Below are positions 1 to 12,567 of a stretch of 64,000 nt of DNA, piece after piece. The translations under genes and the position numbers were made by a program. The DNA comes from Toensbergia leucococca. Lineage: Eukaryota. The notes beneath the pieces were generated by a model. The model did not search any database and had not been told where the DNA came from. It saw nothing but the letters and a program-made list of their open reading frames with translations. Position 1 is the stretch's first letter; each line of letters starts with the position of its first letter. The stretch is taken from NCBI GenBank assembly GCA_022813965.1, contig JALDZS010000011.1:124001-188000 (forward strand). The letters run 5' to 3'.

Positions 1-1892
1 GCCCGAACACATGTCTGAGCATGTCCTTTCCCCAATCTTGTGGGCTGGAATAGAGTCATCTCACCAAAAGCGAAATCAGTGCCTCGACGGATCAAACCAC
101 TCCATACAGCAGCAATTGCTAGCGATACATCCATGTCATGAAGCTTGCTAGGTTCGCCGGTTTTGTGCCAATTACTTTCTGCACCTAACCCGTCATAGAT
201 GTTTTGAGTAGATGTTCGATAGTGCCTTAGACGTGCTTTAAAATTATCCTCCCAGGACTTGGTAGAGGCAACTTCTTCGGGTTCTATTTCACTTGACCCT
301 CTGACTTTTGGTTCGTTCTCATTGAGCCCTTTGTCATTTGGGTTGCTCTTTTTAGATTTATCCTTTTCAAATCCTGTTTCTTTGGGTTCGCTTTCTTTGT
401 TCGGTTTGTCGTTTAGTTTCTGATTGAAAGTATCACTTATTTTCACTGTTATTTCAATCACTTCAGCCGTGCGAGCTCTCTTGGAGCGTTTGGCTGAGCG
501 AATGTGCTTGGTAGAGGCGCGTGCTTTCATCCATTTGTCGAAGACACCTTTTAGGGGGCTTTCCAGACTGAATTGACCAAAGTCTTTCTGGGGCGGGGTT
601 TTTCGAGGATCTTTGCTTGGACCAACCGAAGGTGAACGATCATGAGATTTATGAGAGCCTATACATGTTTCAGTTATTCAGCACCGTGGATATCTAAAAG
701 AAGTCAAGTATTTTGTACCCTCGTTTGTCTTTTGTTTCTTTGAAGGTGGCCCTTCACGGCCCAAGTTCTCGCAACCAGGTATGTCTTCGGATCGCCCATG
801 TTTCTACTCCAGTCTTTAGTAGATAATTCTCACTTTCTTTTAATCATTGCGTCCTACCGTTGAGATCCTTCCCGGGACGTATTCCATCCCTGCGGGTCTC
901 CGCCACCAGAAAAAGGGAGTATCTCCGAGTTCAATTGTTGCAAAGTCTGGCAAAGGCCCAACAACCGTGTTTGGCTCAATTTCCCTTCCATTGACCACCA
1001 AAGGAGCTCTGTCTGTACTCAAAAGGAAATAACCAACTCCACGAGTGCTTTGTCGAATCGCCTGCACAGTGCTTTGGACCCGAGGCTCTAGGCGGCGAAT
1101 GTCTAGATTTCTTGTCACACAAAACACTGGTATTCTCCGATTTGCCGGCCGCCTCCTCTGTCCTACTTCAGTAATATTTCTACCGGCATTAGCTGCACTA
1201 CCTCTATCAACTCCATTTGGATTGGATGCTCACAAAGAAAGTATGCAGTCACGGTCAATCCAATCAAATTGAATAGGGCTTGGCACGCCTCCTTCATCAT
1301 CAGAGTCGACGTAAGAAGAGTCTTTGGATGCACCCCTTCCAGACTGAAGCCAGCACAGTACGCCAACCTCACCATTGTTGCGAAAACGAGCATTTTGCAA
1401 CGCCAGTGTCCTAAGTTTGTCTTTGTTGTTTCCTTTTGAATCTTCCTCCGCAACTATATTGAATATATCACGAAAGTTTCTGAAATTTCTTCCATTAACG
1501 AGACCTATCAGCTCGTCGTATTTTCCCCCAAACCCAAGATTTGCAAGAGGAGATGGAATTGGCGCTTGTTGTAAAACGTACTGAAATCGAATATTTTCAT
1601 CGAGTTGACAAAGAGTCGGCAAGCTTGCAGTATCCCAGGAATTCAAAATCTCGTTTCCTGTTTCAGAGGGTTGGGCCACAGGCGGATTACTTGGATTCGT
1701 AATTTGATCAATCGAAGCGGTGGGGTTTTCTGGAGATTCTATTGGGGTAGCCTCCTCAAAATGATCATCTTTCTCCATTTTTTTTCGAGAGAGTCTTGAA
1801 AAATATTTGCTCAAGATTCCAGTGGACGGGGTGATGTTTGATACTCGAGAGATTGCGACTGCGCTTCGAATGGAACCAGGCATTCTCGCCAT
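1..1892 (-). CDS. Multi-exon hypothetical protein with an FHA-like segment and a Lys-rich linker; runs off the left edge (3' partial)
   Basis: ORFs 1230-1892 and 840-1127 join through a GTGAGC..GCTAAT..TAG intron (about 1232-1180). Two further introns (about 858-808 and about 718-659) continue an open frame to position 1. The segment YFLLSTDRAPLVVNGREIEPNTVVGPLPDFATIELG resembles the C-terminal half of an FHA fold. Confidence 0.6.
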
Positions 1893-2256
1893 ATTTTTGC
1901 ACCACCAGCTTACATGAAAGACCAGAATGCTTTGTGCTAGCCGCCATGGTGTCCGCGAACGGCGCTGTCATTGTGTACTAAAGTGTGGCACAAAGGAAAG
2001 TAATATACTTGTATCATGCTAACAATGTGCTTCGATCCGGAAAGCTATATATCGCGATGTGGTTCAAAGCTCAATTTCCGGAAAGGGAAAGTTGTGATCG
2101 ATCAAGTACCGAGGAATGTACTGATGATTCTTCAGCGTTTGAAAATGAAAAGCTCATCCAAGAACATTGCAATCGGCCTTCATTCAAGAGCTTCTGTTGG
2201 AGACGGATTGATAAGGACTTGACCCGAAGTCCCCAAAATTTTGTACCCTATTAATC

Positions 2257-3085
2257 TCAGCCAGCATATCGATCCAAAACAGTGAAAACGGTAGAGTTGT
2301 CGACTTTGCAATCCACCTCCGTTCTACAGCCTAATTCAATTTTGATCTCCGAGTTGAGTAGGCCCGATTTCATGCCTGTGATGATACCGGCTGCAAATTC
2401 ACAGGAAGAAGTATTATTGTCTTCGAAAAGCTCATTGTTGGAATGAGTGGCTGTAGAATCCTTGGCCTGTATTTCTTCAGGCAAAAGTTGTTGAACAAAG
2501 GAGTTAGGTGGTAGATCTAGACCACTACTCCGTTGAATTGGAGGCATGTTGTCGTCATCTACAGTCTGATTTGCGAACGGCGGAAAGAAGGCTTCTCTCA
2601 AGGGATAATCTTGAACAGACTCTAGCATCGGAGCAGGAGTCGAGGTCGATGGTGGTCTACAGGGTCCCAAATCTCGACCAAAGCACCCATTCCCTTCCCT
2701 TTCGCAAGGGATCTCTTTACCAAGCAGTGACTCTAGTGCGGCCAGCCTGGAAATTGGTCGGCCGTCATCCTTGGATTCTATAACATAGGCGTTGATCTCG
2801 TCGCCTGTTATACCCCGAGACTTGAGCAAAGCACGTAGACGTCTGTTCTCATCCGCCACACTCCTAGCAGCAGTTTGTAATTCGGACGAGACCTCGACAC
2901 CCTGTAATCTGCAATCTCGAAGTCGTTCCTCTAGCTCTTGAAGATATTCTTGCCGTCGAGCCCTTGACCGTCGTTGATTATCGCGTATGCGGGCAAGGTG
3001 CGGCTTTTCCTGGGCAGGGAAATTCAAGGTCAACTGCCCTGACTGCGTGAAGTGAAGAGATTGCTTGACTTACAGAGCCTGACAT
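2257..3085 (-). CDS. bZIP transcription factor
   Basis: Basic region and zipper ARIRDNQRRSRARRQEYLQELEERL, plus a Cys-containing C-terminus typical of this fungal family. A 12-nt first exon (ATG 3085) is followed by the intron GTAAGT..CAG 3073-3010. Confidence 0.85.
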
Positions 3086-3340
3086 TCTAAAGTGCTAAAG
3101 TGATGTCTGTGTGTAAGCGCAAATTGGCGGGTCAACGACCCTTTACTCTAAAGCGAAAGTTCACGAGATACATTGTACTCGTACATCAACGACGACATGG
3201 CTCCAAAGTACGGATACTACAAACATATCCACACCATTCGCTCAAGGATTTTCAACGATTACAACAAGACCACACAGATCCAATATGTGCGCTAATCTGG
3301 TCCATCTGGTAACTTACATCCCAGTTCTCAGCCTGTTTAT

Positions 3341-6078
3341 TTATTGGTATATATCTCCACTACCATAGCCAAATGTGTTCGCAGTATATCCCGGAAATCC
3401 ACCGAGACCATTCGTCCCATTTCCATTCCCATTGCCATTCCCATTCCCGTTAGCAAGCATCACGGCCTCCTGGTCCAACCCGTTCACTGTCCAATTGTCA
3501 AATCCCATCGCAATAGCTGATTGATCCTTGAGCCACCAATCCTGAGTATCATCCGTCAAGCTGTCAACGCCGCCAAAGAGGACTGATGGTGATGTTTGAG
3601 CCTGCGGGACTGAAGCTCGTGAAGCTCGATCTTGATTCCACAGTTCTTGTTGGACTTTGGGAATCACGTATCGTTGTTGCCGAGATAGCTGCGCCATTTC
3701 CGCGGCTGACTGGGGTGGCAATGAATTCGCTTCACTAGGATGTCTTGTCTCTGGCCCCAACGCAGGGCTCGTCGTGCTCGCGCTATTTGGAAATCCATTT
3801 GTGGGCAGGGGAGCACGCAGGTCTTGCTGACTAAGACTCATAGGCAGCGGTAGTTGTTGCGACTGGGTAGGTGATGCGGTATCTGATCTAGGTGATGCCT
3901 GGTCCTGATATTTGACGAGGCCGAACTTCGCCTCGACCCTTGCAAAGATCAGGGCAGCTTCGTCAGGTAGCTCAATCTTCCACCGCCTTGTCTGGAGGTG
4001 CATTATAGCAAGCGTTCTTCGCGCACACAGCCAACTCTCTGCAATCTCTTCAAGATGCTTCAGACCCCAGATAATATCTCGCCTGGCGTTCTTCTCAGGT
4101 AGATTCAGCAGATGTATGGTACATGCTGAATGTGCAATGTAGACGGCGATGTTGCAGATCTGCCGCAGTCCATACGTTCTTCTATATAATCGAAGCAATT
4201 TCGATATCATCGTGGCTGCATGAGTACATAGCTTCCGAGGTGAGACGTGCGACGGTAAAGGAGAAGTGGCCTGGTTGTATTTCAAAAAGGGCCGAAAGAG
4301 GTGAATGAATAGTAATTGGAAAAACATGCTACTGTATCGTCAGCTACTCGGAATCAATGTCACCTGCGTACGAGGACGCATACTGCATGACCAGCACATT
4401 GGGAAGTTGACCCTCCTTCGGTTCCATCTCTTTTGGTAAACTCTTACGCCACGCTTCTAGCCTTGTATGCAGCCCGCTCAATTTCTTGAGATCTGCCTGC
4501 TTCCCCAGCGGCTTTTCCATATGCGTGGGATGGTAAAAATAGAATAAAAGATCGCTGCTGATTTCGCACAACAGGGAGATCTGGAGAGCTACAGCACGCG
4601 TCCGCGATGGCTGAGAGTGCGCTTGACCCATGCCAGTATCCGTATAAGGTGACCATAGATCAGCGTCTTCCGTTGGAAAAACATCGATCTTAGCCACAGC
4701 GATCCCGTTTAAGGGTAATTGAGGCTGACGCCCAAGATAATTCGACCAGCACCTGCGATAGATCAGTGGAGAAAAGGCGCGCGGTGCCTTGTGAGAACTC
4801 ACTTGTCAAACAGAAAGCATCCCCACAGAGTAATCCTGCGCGCGTCAATCTCTTGCTCGTCGAGGCTGGAAGAACCAGACTCGACATTGAGCCCCAGATC
4901 AAATGCCATCCGAAAGCTCATACCACTGTAGACCCAGCCTTTATTCTCTCTCCCACATCCGGCTTCACGTACAGACATTAGCGCAAGTGCTTGGACTGTC
5001 GCAAGTCTTGGATTCTCGTGCTCGTCGTTTTCTAAAATCAAGCGCTTCGCTTCCTTGAAAAAATGATCACCAGCTGTTGCCGAGTCTTGTGGGTCAGCTC
5101 TTGCCGCAGGCCAAGATGTGAAGTGGCAGCCTAAAGCCAGCATTGCGTTTACCAGTAGAGGTGTACAGTAATCGATCTTTCGCCTAATATCATGAGGTGG
5201 TTTGCCAAGTAAGAAGTCACGATAGAAAAGGCCTTTTGATAGTGTTGTGAAATATGTATAGTGCCACGTGAAGTACATGTTTATCAAATGTACAATGAGT
5301 TCAGGATCAGCGCTGACTTGGCTCCATGAGGTGATAGGGTCCTCTTGCTGTTGGTACTGTTCAACGTTGTTCGTGGTTATGTCTACGCCTCCTTCGTCTA
5401 GGCCTGGTCCAAGATGAATTAGATTTGAGGTTCCTCCGATGAAACTGACAGATCCATTCTCTAGCCGTAGCTCCCCTATCTTCTCAGATAATTCCATCTC
5501 GAACTTTGGTATCTCGGGAAGCACGCCATTCTCGTAAATTAGGGAATCAAAGTCTTGCGCATCGTCATCTTGAGCATTGTTCCTTGCCAGTATTGACTCG
5601 GCGACGTCGTCCAAACTCTCACATGTTCGAATTTGTTTGACCAGGTCGGGCACCTCGTCTTCGGGATAATTTAAAATCGCATGGATCAAGGTTTGTAGGG
5701 TCGAGTTCCGTGTTTTGAGATTGTCGATATCCTTCTTGTATACGCCCTTCCTCCGATGATCCGAATTTGGGTCGTAGATGCATTCTGTGCCATAGACTGA
5801 TGCGCAGGCAGCGCAACTCGGCGTATTCCCATCACACTGTATCAGATCGGTGCGTGTCAGCACTACAAGGCGCAGAGAGAGTGCAGGGACCGAACCTTGG
5901 ACTTCCTCCTCCGACACGCTATACAGGCAGTGCTCACGCATCGTCTCTTGGCCGAGGCCGAGGAGTCCTTGTCTCGATTCCGTGACTTGGTTTTTGGTGC
6001 TTTGGAGGAAGAGTCGTTGGTTAAGCTATCCGTGTCAAATGATTCGACCTTCTGGGCCGTCAATGTCTCTTCAGCCAT
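3341..6078 (-). CDS. nirA: Zn2Cys6 nitrate-assimilation transcription factor (NirA/NIT-4 ortholog)
   Basis: AKRRCVSTACIACRRRKSK|CDGNTPSCAACASVYGTECIYDPNSDHRRKGVYKKD matches the NirA DNA-binding region as I recall it. A fungal TF middle-homology region follows. Four exons, with GT-AG introns at about 5895-5837, 4803-4752 and 4383-4329. Confidence 0.9.
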
Positions 6079-6607
6079 TGGTTGGTGGAGGGACTATGTC
6101 CAGGTGTTTGTGCCTCGGAGATGCTTAAGAATTACCAGCGATAACGGCAATCAGCGTGCAGAATAGCGAATACAAAGTTCAGGAAGCCTTCGCCGGGTCC
6201 TAGACACTTCCCTGGACATCAGACTAAAGGGTTTCTCTTGACTTTGCGGTTTGTGTTCCTTGGGCCTCGCTTTCACTTTCGTCGCCAATGATGCCAGGTT
6301 GATTTGTTGGCTAGAATATCTCCTACTGCACAAGATCAAATAGTAATGCAGGCAAGCAGTAATGTTCAGCAGACGTATGGTGATGAGTGATGATTTGACA
6401 TTGTATCGACGACAGGTGAGAGCACAGCAGAGGGATCGCCGTCGTCACCATCTCCAGCAGCAATTAATTTGGTGCACTCACAATCTGCAAGCACCCCGAC
6501 TCTTCCCTTGCGCCGAGCTTGTCCGCCTCGACCAATCTCAGTGTCGGGAGATAAGATAAGCTGGCGTCATGCTGACTAATGTGACAGTTCCACTGGTGCA
6601 CGTCCAT

Positions 6608-6689
6608 TCGAGGCCGGGGGAAAAATTACCTAACCGCCGATGGCTTTAGCGATTTCTCATGACATTTAGTCTTTTCCCCCCGGCCTCGA
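6608..6689. repeat. 17-bp inverted repeat (one-base indel) in the nirA/TBCD divergent promoter
   Basis: TCGAGGCCGGGGGAAAA (6608-6624) and TTTTCCCCCCGGCCTCGA (6672-6689), 47-nt spacer. Confidence 0.85.
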
Positions 6690-6928
6690 TTCCCAGTAAC
6701 TCGGCTCGACTAGACCCCTTTGGGCTAGATCATCATTACTAAGCCCCTCCGGGTTAGCTGCTTACAAGGGTATCTGAGGCAAACCACCACCATACTCGAG
6801 TTAATAAGTGCGAGTTCCATCAGGACAAACACCACGCCAAGTCCAGCTATGAGGTAGTAGTAGCCTCCTCACTCAGTCTCATGTTCCGTGCCTAAAACGT
6901 CTGGCTTCGTCAACAAGTCTTCATCGAC

Positions 6929-9900
6929 ATGGATGCTTTAGATGACAGCGATATCAAGCTCCAACGAGCTTCAACAGATCTACTTTCAGAATTTGAAACC
7001 TCTCTCCCTCATTTCCTGTGGACATCAACCATCGAGGAAGTCTCATGTAATCGACGCCCTCGCCCGCAAAGGTCTAGAAGAACCGTCAGTGAGAAGATTA
7101 CCAACAAACTGATCAGGCTGGTATGATTGAACGTACCACTTCCGTCGAATTTAGTCTTCCCTAATTCTGTATTGTCCCCATAGTTGGAACCATTTCAAGA
7201 ATGGCCACAGTTGCTTGATCCTCATCTGCATAGCCTTATTCTGCCTTTGGTCTCCGCTTTTATTGAGTATATACTCCACCATGAGAATCACTATCGATCA
7301 CCGAGACGAAAGCAGTCAGCGACCGTCATTCCCCTGCCGCGAGCTGTTTGCAAAATACTATATATTTTATGCAAAGTTCGAGGAGAGAAAATTATATCTC
7401 GGTTTCTGAAAAATGAGCCTAAATACATAGAACCTATGCTCAATGCTTTCCAGACGTGGAATGCTCCCATGGATCTTGACTCAGCCCTCACGGATCATGG
7501 TCCTATGATCTGGGAAGAGAGATACATTATGCTGCTCTGGCTTTCTCACTTGATGCTGACTCCGTTCGACTTGGCCTCCATCTCAACAGGGACATGCCAA
7601 AACATGAGTGCTGGTCCTTCGCCGATAAATTTACCACCACATCTTCCGCTTATTGCCCAGCGTATCATTCCTATTTGCACCAGATACCTGGTTTCTGCTA
7701 GCAAAGAACGGGAGGCAGCCAGAGTCTTGCTGGTACGTTTAACTTTACGGCCAGACATGCGCCGCGTCGGTCTACTCGGTGCACTTATCACGTGGGCTAT
7801 ATCTTCCTTGGAGGTCGAATCTGATGATACGTCCCTCATGTCTATTTATGTTCACATAGGTACTCTTTCTTTCCTTGCTGGTATTATCGTATCTGCCGAA
7901 AAGGGGACTATAGCACCGTTTCAGAAGTCAATTTTCGAGAGCGTTCAACGCATGAATGCCGAGCAGACGGCTCTTTCTAAGCATGTCGTGTCATCTGCAC
8001 TAGCCCGCAAAATCATAATCAAAATCATGCGTGCCATTACAGTCACATTACTTCAGGCGGATTCTAGATCGTCATCATCTGGTGTATTGATTGAGATTAG
8101 TGATATACTCGAGGATGTCATTAATCATCTTCTTGCTAGTCTGGCGGATAAAGATACTCCTGTTAGATACGCGGCAAGTAAGGCATTGAGTATCATTGCT
8201 ATCAAATTAGAACCGGTCATGACGGCTGAAATAGTCGAGGCTGTGATTGGAAGCCTGGAAGAAAACGTTCTATGGGAAAACGCTATCTCCGGGCAGACAA
8301 TTGGTAGTGCTGAGGCTCATGAAAATTATACGGGTGTGTTCAAGAGAAACTTGGTAGCAGTCAACCCTCTCAGATGGCATGGGCTTGTTCTCACCCTATC
8401 CCATCTTTTGTTCCGTCGCTCAGCACCTCCACATCAACTCCCTAGCATACTCAATGCAATGTTACTTGCACTAAGCTTTGAGCAACGATCATCTGTAGGA
8501 AGTTCTGTTGGTACGAACGTTCGAGATGCAGCATGTTTCGGCATATGGTCACTGGCTCGGCGATATACAACGCAGGAGCTGTTAGCAGTGGATGTCACAT
8601 CAGTTCTTGCAGTTAATAAACGAGATCAATCTCTTTCAGTGCTGCAGCTTCTTGCTAACGAGATTGTGGTAGCTGCTACCTTGGATTCTTCCGGTAATAT
8701 CCGGCGAGGCGCATCAGCTGCTCTTCAAGAGTTAGTTGGTCGTCATCCCGACATGATCGAGAATGGTATATCGCTTGTTCAAGTTGTCGACTATCACGCT
8801 GTGGCGTTGCGATCGCGGGCAATGCAAGGTGTGGCCATCGGTGCTTCGAGGCTCGGATATTCCTATTGGCAAGCTCTTGCAGATGGACTATTACACTGGA
8901 GAGGTATTGGATCGCCAGATGCCGCGTCACGGAGGCTCGCAGCAAACACAAATGGTCTGCTCGCCGCGTCCCGAGGAGTGGAGGGTATCGAAAAAGGGAC
9001 TTCAGCAGTACTGAGTCAACTTAGAAGGCTCCAGTCTCATCAGGTTGAGGAGCGACATGGCCTGCTGCTTTCATTGGCTGCTATAATCCACAAAGCGCAA
9101 CAAATGCCAAATCAACAAGCGCCGATCTCAGGTATGCCAAAGTCGTTTGTGGGACTTTGGAATGTCTTCAAGGAAGTTTCTGAGTCGTCTCAAGTGGATT
9201 TCATATCTTCTATTGTCCGGCCAGAGCTCACGACTGAGGCAGTCTGCAATCTCGTGTCTGCTCTTGCTACGGCTTCCCCAACCGCTAATTCTGGCAAGTT
9301 CTGCATGATTGATTCACCCTCTGCAGCTGAAGTAAGTACTTGCACAGCAGTTTTGGAGTCGTCTTTGATGCGAGCAGAAAACACTGTTATAATGGCAGCT
9401 TCAAATGCTGCTAATGATCTCTTTAGTGTCCTCGGTGATGAAGCAAGAATTGCTCTTGCACGAAAATGGATGGTGGCACTCACGATGGAACAGTCTAGTC
9501 AACTACGTGGCTCAGGCAGGGAACATGGATTCGTGGCCGCTCTCGGATCGGTTTTTCATTATTTTCATCCGGCGGGATCGAAGGCCTTGTCCCCAATCGC
9601 CCAAGCCATTGCTGATACTCTAATATCTCGTACTGGACATAATATTGAAATTGAGTCAAGGGTAGCAGCAATCAAGAGTCTTTCTTCGGGCATTCTGACA
9701 TCAAAAGGTAATCCAATCATGTCCCAATAGGATCGCATCTGCTGAAAACAGACAAGTCATGACAAAGTCTATGATAGAAGCCCTGGAGGCCTGTCTTGAT
9801 GATTATACGACCGATCGTAGAGGAGATGTGGGGTCTCTGGTCCGGGTCGAAGCCGTCGATGCTATCGGCGTAGCATGGCGACACGGTCTTCTCGCCGACA

Positions 9901-10863
9901 CCGAATCGAGGGATGGACTGATCACAAAAGTCTGTGGCCTTGCAGTAGAGAAACTAGATAAAGTCCGCTTCCGCGCTTGGACATGTCTTCAAGAAATTTG
10001 GAGTGCTTTTGTTGCGGTTGAAAGTCCACCAATGTAAGGAGTAATATCAACCCTCCGCCACAAGCTGCTAATAGGTTCCTCCAGCCACTTCTCCGATATA
10101 GCCCACACCTCGACACCGGCCTATTTCCTCCAAGTTCTCTCTCTATCCTCCATCTCATGGGTTATTACTCCCCTCTTGGAAGGTTACATCACCTCCGCAG
10201 GCGCTGGTTCCGAGTCTCTTCTCCGATCTTCCCGCCTAGCCCTAGAGGCGCACGCCTCCAACCTCCCAACTACCGCCCTTCTCCCGCTCGCCAAAAGCCT
10301 ACTGAATATCATCCAAAGCCACATCGCCAATGACAGACTCGCTATCCCCGGAATGGAAGTCATCGCATTTCTTTTTGACGCCAGTATCTTGCAACGTCTT
10401 GAGCGCGAGGATTTTCCGTGAGCATTGCAATTCCGCTATCAAATTTCGTGGAAGATAGCTCATCACAATAACAAAGGTGGCATACCGTCTTCATAATCAG
10501 TCAAAAAAGTCACCACAAATCTCTCAACGTCCACAGGCTCCAAGCCGCCATCAAAAACTATGCCAACCTCGCGAGCATCGCCAGTCTCAAAGAAGCTGCC
10601 CTCACCAAATTGACGGCGATGCTATCTCACCCATTCCCAAACGTGAGTTCCTCACCCCCTTGGCCCCATGGACCAATCAAAAAGCTAACGCTATATTCCC
10701 CCCACAAAAGATCCGTAACGCCGCAGCCGACGCTCTTCTCCTCGTTTCTCCACCTGCCGCTTTCAGGGAGCTCAAAAGTAAAGATTGGTCGCAGCCACCA
10801 AAGGAGCTAAAATCTAATGTCAATGAAATACGGTTGAATTTGCTAAGAGAATCTGTAGATTAG
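6929..10863 (+). CDS. TBCD: Tubulin-folding cofactor D (HEAT-repeat chaperone; Cin1/Alp1 family)
   Basis: Motifs EPFQEWPQLLDPHL, WEERYIMLLWLSHLMLTPFDL, LADKDTPVRYAASKAL, GTNVRDAACFGIW and LDDYTTDRRGDVGSLVR. Six exons; introns about 7121-7183, 9708-9756, about 10034-10084, 10418-10476 and 10643-10710. Confidence 0.93.
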
Positions 10864-12536
10864 ACATACCTCTACGACTACTTTCACGTACTCTGGAGTC
10901 AGTCGTCAAAAACGCTTCTTCTGCTGCCAGCGGCAATTACAACAGATATAACGAGAAAGCTCTTAAGCTGCCCAGAATGAGTGTACTGATTCGAGACAGT
11001 AAATTGTGAGCTAGATTGAGAGCTGCACAATCATGCTATTTCACTTGACTGGAAATCCTTAGGCATATCCTAAAGTCACGCAAAGCGAACTTGCTGACTC
11101 AACAGAGAAGAAAGAAAAACCGCCTAAAAGCTACTTTGAATACTGCTTGATTCTGCCAGGCGACGAGAACATTTGTGTTGGTGAATGAACCAACTCAACA
11201 GCACGCATTGGAAAAATTTCACCTAGGTATTTCAATTTTCATTTACTTATCCTTTTGGGCACATTTTATTACTTTTATCTAAATAAGACATACCGTAAAT
11301 ACAGTCGTTGCAGCAGCCGTAACAAGATATTTCCTCATTGCATTCAAGAAACAAATATTTCTCCCTTGCGGAGTAAATCTTATCGCAAATCCGTAATCTA
11401 TCCTTGAGGGCTCGATTGCTCAAAGATCAGGGGCTCATTCTTTCTATGGTTCCTTTCTTGCAACTTAATTTCTTGGATCTTGAAGAATTTCATCCTCGTC
11501 GAACTCCAACTACCTCTTCAGCATGACTATCAGCGAACAATAGTAGTTGCCTGATGATTTGGATACCACTCAAGCAGCCAATTGCTGTCGAGCAACTCTG
11601 TTACATCAATACGCCATTATGTTCTCGCACCGAGATTGCCACTGCCGGTGTGGCATGACATTGACAAATTTCATCCCTGAATCCTGAGATTTCGAACCCT
11701 TTCAGAATCGCTTGACTCTCATTTTAAGTTTGTCTGTGACAATCTAGATGAGCGAGACCAGCATGCCCGACCGATGGAAACGAGGAAGTGAAAGCGCTGA
11801 TTTGCTTTTCTGACCCTACTGTATTCTTTTAGGCATACTAGTTTATAAACTCACGTACAATCCAGCCATGAAAAGAGGCCGGAACGAACGAGGCAAACGC
11901 AGTGAATGGAGTGCATCGACGTGATAGACATCACTCAGAAGTACATCTCCCCTGCTGGTTTTACTCCTGTCTAATATTCCCTTTTCTATTATGATATTCT
12001 TAGCCTACGACAGAACGAAATTCAGTGACAGTCAAAGAGGTGGTATGAATTTATATTGGAAGGAAGGGGGCGCTGGGAGATCATTAGTGGCACATTCTAA
12101 GTTTGGAGAGATCGTTGTAGAAGCTGATGGGGGAAGTCAAAGGACGGAGAGATGAAACAAATGTGGAAAAGGAGAAAATACAGCTATTCAGATCTTGACG
12201 AGCTTAGGGGAGCTTTGATCTTTCTACAATACGGAGTACCTAAAGACAACACTTTACTTTTGTGTCATAGCGCAATGCTTCACTGCCGCTTTCTTTAGAG
12301 CTTTCATTTCCCACAGCATGATGACTTTTAGTACCATTTTGTTAAGAAGCTACAATCTAAGTTAGAAATACGGGGAGTCTTCGAGTTTTTCCAATGGGAA
12401 AGTCTGGTCATAATGGTCTCTGGATGCCATACCAGCGGTACGAGCGAGCCTATTGAGGTCATTGAGTCTTGGTTCTTTTTCTTTTATTTTTTCCGGTGCC
12501 AATGTGTCAAAAAGGGGTTCCAGTGCATCAGCAGCC

Positions 12537-12544
12537 TATATATA
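12537..12544 (+). promoter_or_regulatory. TATA element about 30 bp upstream of the 5S rRNA gene
   Basis: TATATATA at -31 to -24 of the 5S start, the position known for dispersed 5S genes of filamentous ascomycetes such as Neurospora. Confidence 0.65.
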
Positions 12545-12567
12545 CTTCAAAACCGAGCACCTCTATC

